A stretch of 22,381 nt of DNA, from assembly GCF_006345805.1 (NCBI RefSeq), contig NW_021836970.1:1-22381 (forward strand). Reading direction: 5' to 3'. Position 1 is the stretch's first letter, and every line of letters starts with the position of its first letter. Positions 19,500-22,381 of this stretch are shown here, in pieces. The translations under genes were made by a program, and so were the position numbers. Below the pieces are notes generated by a model that was given only the letters and a program-made list of their open reading frames with translations, had not been told where the DNA came from and did not search any database. The DNA is from Octopus sinensis. Lineage: Eukaryota.

Positions 19500-19675
19500 G
19501 TGTGGAGAGATTAGTTGAGTACATCAACCCAGTACTTGACTGGTACTTTACTTTGTCGATCTTGAAAGGACGTAAAGCAAAGTCGACCTTGCTGGAATTT
19601 GAACTCAGAGCGTAAACATTTGGAAGAAATGCAGCAAAGCATTTTGTTCGACCCACAAAACGATTCTACCAATCC
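19500..19675 (-). mobile_element. tRNA-derived SINE family A, diverged
   Basis: 19564-19614 is 45/51 identical to the reverse complement of 19224-19274. Confidence 0.82.
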
Positions 19676-19844
19676 AACGATCTCCTGTATTTAAGTTATA
19701 ATAGTAACCATATCAACAACTGCAGCAACAATGACCAAAACTTAGGGTTAACGAAATAAAAGAAGGCGGAAGAATTAAACACGCAAGGAGAAATTAACAG
19801 ACGATTAGAAAAGATATAAATGTTTTTTTTATTTTTAATTTAAT

Positions 19845-20545
19845 TTTTATTTGCTCAAAAAGCAAAAGTAAGGCCATGTAGGGGGACAGGGAGTTATGTA
19901 CAGGGAGGGTGGTCATACAAAGAGTTCAGGCCATTTCTGGTCAAGAGAGACTTTGAACCGAGCGGTCGTCGGCATCTTCACTATCTCGTCCAGCAGCTTA
20001 TTCCACGGATCCGCAACCTGGACGGAGAAAGCCCCTTCCTTCAATTGAGATGAAATCGTCGAAGATAGAGCTTTTCGGAGTGACCCCACAGCCCACGCTC
20101 TGGAGCAGGAGTGAAGAACAGCTCTTTCGAGAGGTTGCACTTCCCGCTTATGTTGTGAGCGAGAATGAGAACACCACGGCGTCGTCGTTTTTCGAGAGAA
20201 TAAAGGTCGAGCGTCTTCAGCCTTTCTTCATAAGACAAATGCTTGAGACCAAGAACCATGCGGGTAGCCAGCTTCTGGACTCTTTCGAGATGCTGTATGT
20301 CTTTGAGGAGATAAGGAGAAGAGGCTTGAATCCCGTACTCCAATATGGGTCTCACGAGCGTGACATAGAGCGGTAGGAATATGGCTGCTGTGAGCATTCC
20401 GAATGACCGTCGAATCAAAAACAGAACTCCGTGTGCTTTGTTGGCAGCATGGACGCATTGGCCCGAAGGCGAAAAGGAAGAATCCACCAAGATACCCAGG
20501 TCCTTTACTTGGTCGGTCTTCTCCCCAACCATTTCTATTTTTCCA
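19845..20545 (-). pseudogene. 5'-truncated CR1-clade LINE (RT C-terminus and 3' UTR)
   Basis: VKDLGILVDSSFS...LPLYVTLVRPILEYG...LERVQKLATRMV...SYEERLKTLDLYSLEKRRRRG..LI...; continues FSVQVADPWNKL...FKVSLD to a stop at 19913-19915; AATAAA and AT-rich tail near 19845-19855 on the minus strand. Confidence 0.92.
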
Positions 20546-20748
20546 ACATAACAAATATATGTATCTCTGTACAATTTTGTTTAGTAATTTACTCCAGCAC
20601 TAATTCGGCAAGCTAAAGACAAAGCCAATGAGCTAATGAAGACACAAAATAAGAGTAGAAACCAGTTCGGACTTGTCTTATGTACATTCCATGTTCAGAC
20701 ATAGACTGTGTTACAGTAAGGTTATTTGTTTAGGTATACACTACGTTG

Positions 20749-21023
20749 AAGGCGCGTGACTTACAGGTTAGAGTATTCGGTTCACGATAACAAGGTCGTG
20801 AGTTCAATTCCTGGCAGCACGTTGTATCCTTGAGCGGGATATTTTATTTTACGTTGCTCCAGTCCTCTCAGCTGGCAAAAAATGAGTTGTACCCGCTTTT
20901 CAAAGGGCCATGACACGTACCGCTTTTCAAAGTGTACGTGTCTATGGAGTGATTTTCAAAGGACCATAGACACGTACTGCTTTTCAAAGGTTTCGTGTCT
21001 ATGGAGTGCTTAACCACTTGCAC
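20749..21023 (+). mobile_element. SINE family C-type head and CORE-like domain with rearranged 3' body
   Basis: B-box GTTCAATTCC (20802-20811), GTTGTATCCTTGAGC...GTTGCTCCAGTCCTCTCAGCTG shared with the 12475 copy; 3' part matches 12806-12939 and carries a palindromic duplication. Confidence 0.8.
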
Positions 21024-21099
21024 ATCGTCGCCACCATTGTCATCGTCGTCCTCATCGTTGTCGACGTCACCGCCGTTGTAATCACATATATATGCATAT

Positions 21100-21297
21100 A
21101 TCTATGTGTGTGTCTATGTCTGTATGTCCCTCACATCACCGCTTGACTACCGCTGTTTGTGTGTCTACGGACTCGTAACTTAGCGATTCGGCATAGAATA
21201 AGTACTACGCTTTAAAAAGTCCTGGGGTCGATTTGCTCGACTGAAGGCGGTGTTCCAGCATGCCCACAGTCAAATGACTAAAACAAGTAAAAGAGTA
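21100..21297 (+). mobile_element. SINE family B 3' half
   Basis: ACTTAGCGATTCGGCA...GTCCTGGGGTCGATTTGCTCGACTGAAGGCGGTGTTCCAGCATG...CAGTCAAATGACTAAAACAAGTAAAAGAGTA aligns with 3925-4120. Confidence 0.85.
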
Positions 21298-21352
<55 letters not shown>

Positions 21353-21427
21353 ATATCTATCTATCTATCTATCTATATATCTATCTATCTACTATCTATC
21401 GGTATATGTATGTATGTATATATATTA

Positions 21428-21481
<54 letters not shown>

Positions 21482-21630
21482 TATACGCACACAGTTATGG
21501 TTTGTTGAGAACCTGTAGAGCACAGTATAAAGCATGCCTGGAGAACTACGTTGTGTGGAAACAATTGTAGTGATTAAAAAATAAATGTCCAACCGTACTC
21601 TTGTTGACTCCAAGTTTTTCAATTATACAA

Positions 21631-21672
<42 letters not shown>

Positions 21673-21835
21673 TTTATATATATATATATTTTATATATAT
21701 ATAACACACACATGTATATATAGATACAGATTGTGATGTATACCTACTATGCATATATGAATGTATGTGTGCGTAGTGTCTGAATGAGTGTGTGATGTGT
21801 GTGTGTTGTATGTGTGTGTGTGTTTGTTGTGTTTT
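21298..21835. repeat. (CTAT)n, (TA)n, (CA)n, (TG)n tracts
   Basis: Directly visible. Confidence 0.9.
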
Positions 21836-22262
21836 TACATGTAGTAATAGTAGTAGTAAGGGTAGGTAGGTAGCAATGTCGTGTAAAAATGATGATTTAT
21901 GGAAGGAGACAAATTTGGCATTGAAAATGCAAAACTAATCACAAGATTATAATTATGGTTGTCTGCTAGAATATAATCCGAAAGATGTGGTGGTAGCGGT
22001 GTGAGGCATGCGATGTGGTAAGGGATGTAGGGGGGTGATGAGGAAGAACGCTGCCAGCTTCTCTCATCCTTTTTCAAGTTTCTTCAATCAGAATCTTCTG
22101 ACAATTTCTTCAGACACATACCAGCCTTTGTTTACGATATGCTGACAGGATCGAATCTCGAGTTAAGCCAAGAGAATATCAGAGATGCTAAATGGGAGCG
22201 GTGTCTAGTTTCAGAAAACTCTGGTGGTTCCCATGGTCGCGTTTGTCAGAGGAAGGAGCGGG

Positions 22263-22264
22263 TT

Positions 22265-22308
<44 letters not shown>

Positions 22309-22381
22309 CCTCATCATCATCATTATCCTCATCATCCTCATCCTGATCATTGTCGTCGTCGTCGTCTTCATCATCATCATG
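22263..22381. repeat. (CAT)n/(CGT)n tract running off the window
   Basis: Directly visible. Confidence 0.93.

Noticed and set aside
20897-21009. CRISPR-like repeat-spacer appearance
   Set aside because: The repeats are only ~9-11 bp, the spacers are copies or reverse complements of each other, the context is eukaryotic and there are no cas genes; reported as a rearrangement scar instead.

Overview
AT-rich eukaryotic non-coding DNA made almost entirely of microsatellites and transposon remnants. No intact host gene, rRNA, functional tRNA or CRISPR array can be supported, and most ORFs in the supplied track are translations of microsatellites. The repeat families look like those of Octopus/cephalopod genomes; this comes from my recollection of those repeats, not from a search. 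Recognisable elements: (1) a full-length but dead Tc1-type DNA transposon (6789-8040, ~30-bp TIRs, apparent DD36E spacing); (2) two degenerate Penelope-like (PLE) reverse transcriptases from different lineages (9290-9962 +, 12940-14722 -); (3) 3' fragments of CR1-, R4/Dong- and RTE-like LINEs; (4) a non-autonomous Helitron plus a second Helitron-like 3' end; (5) about 15 copies or fragments of at least four tRNA-derived SINE types. The most interesting signal is three minimal type-I hammerhead ribozyme motifs of the PLE kind. Two lie in a 216-bp tandem at 12100-12351 and one is a near-identical inverted copy at 1372-1409. All three replace the normally invariant A6 of the CUGAnGA core, yet the two well-preserved copies keep stem I, stem II, the palindromic ACGU stem III and a GUA cleavage triplet. 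Also notable are a perfect 44-bp fold-back of a tRNA-like SINE head (6145-6314), a SINE-head/other-repeat chimera (17559-18005) and a small palindromic array inside a SINE (20897-21009).
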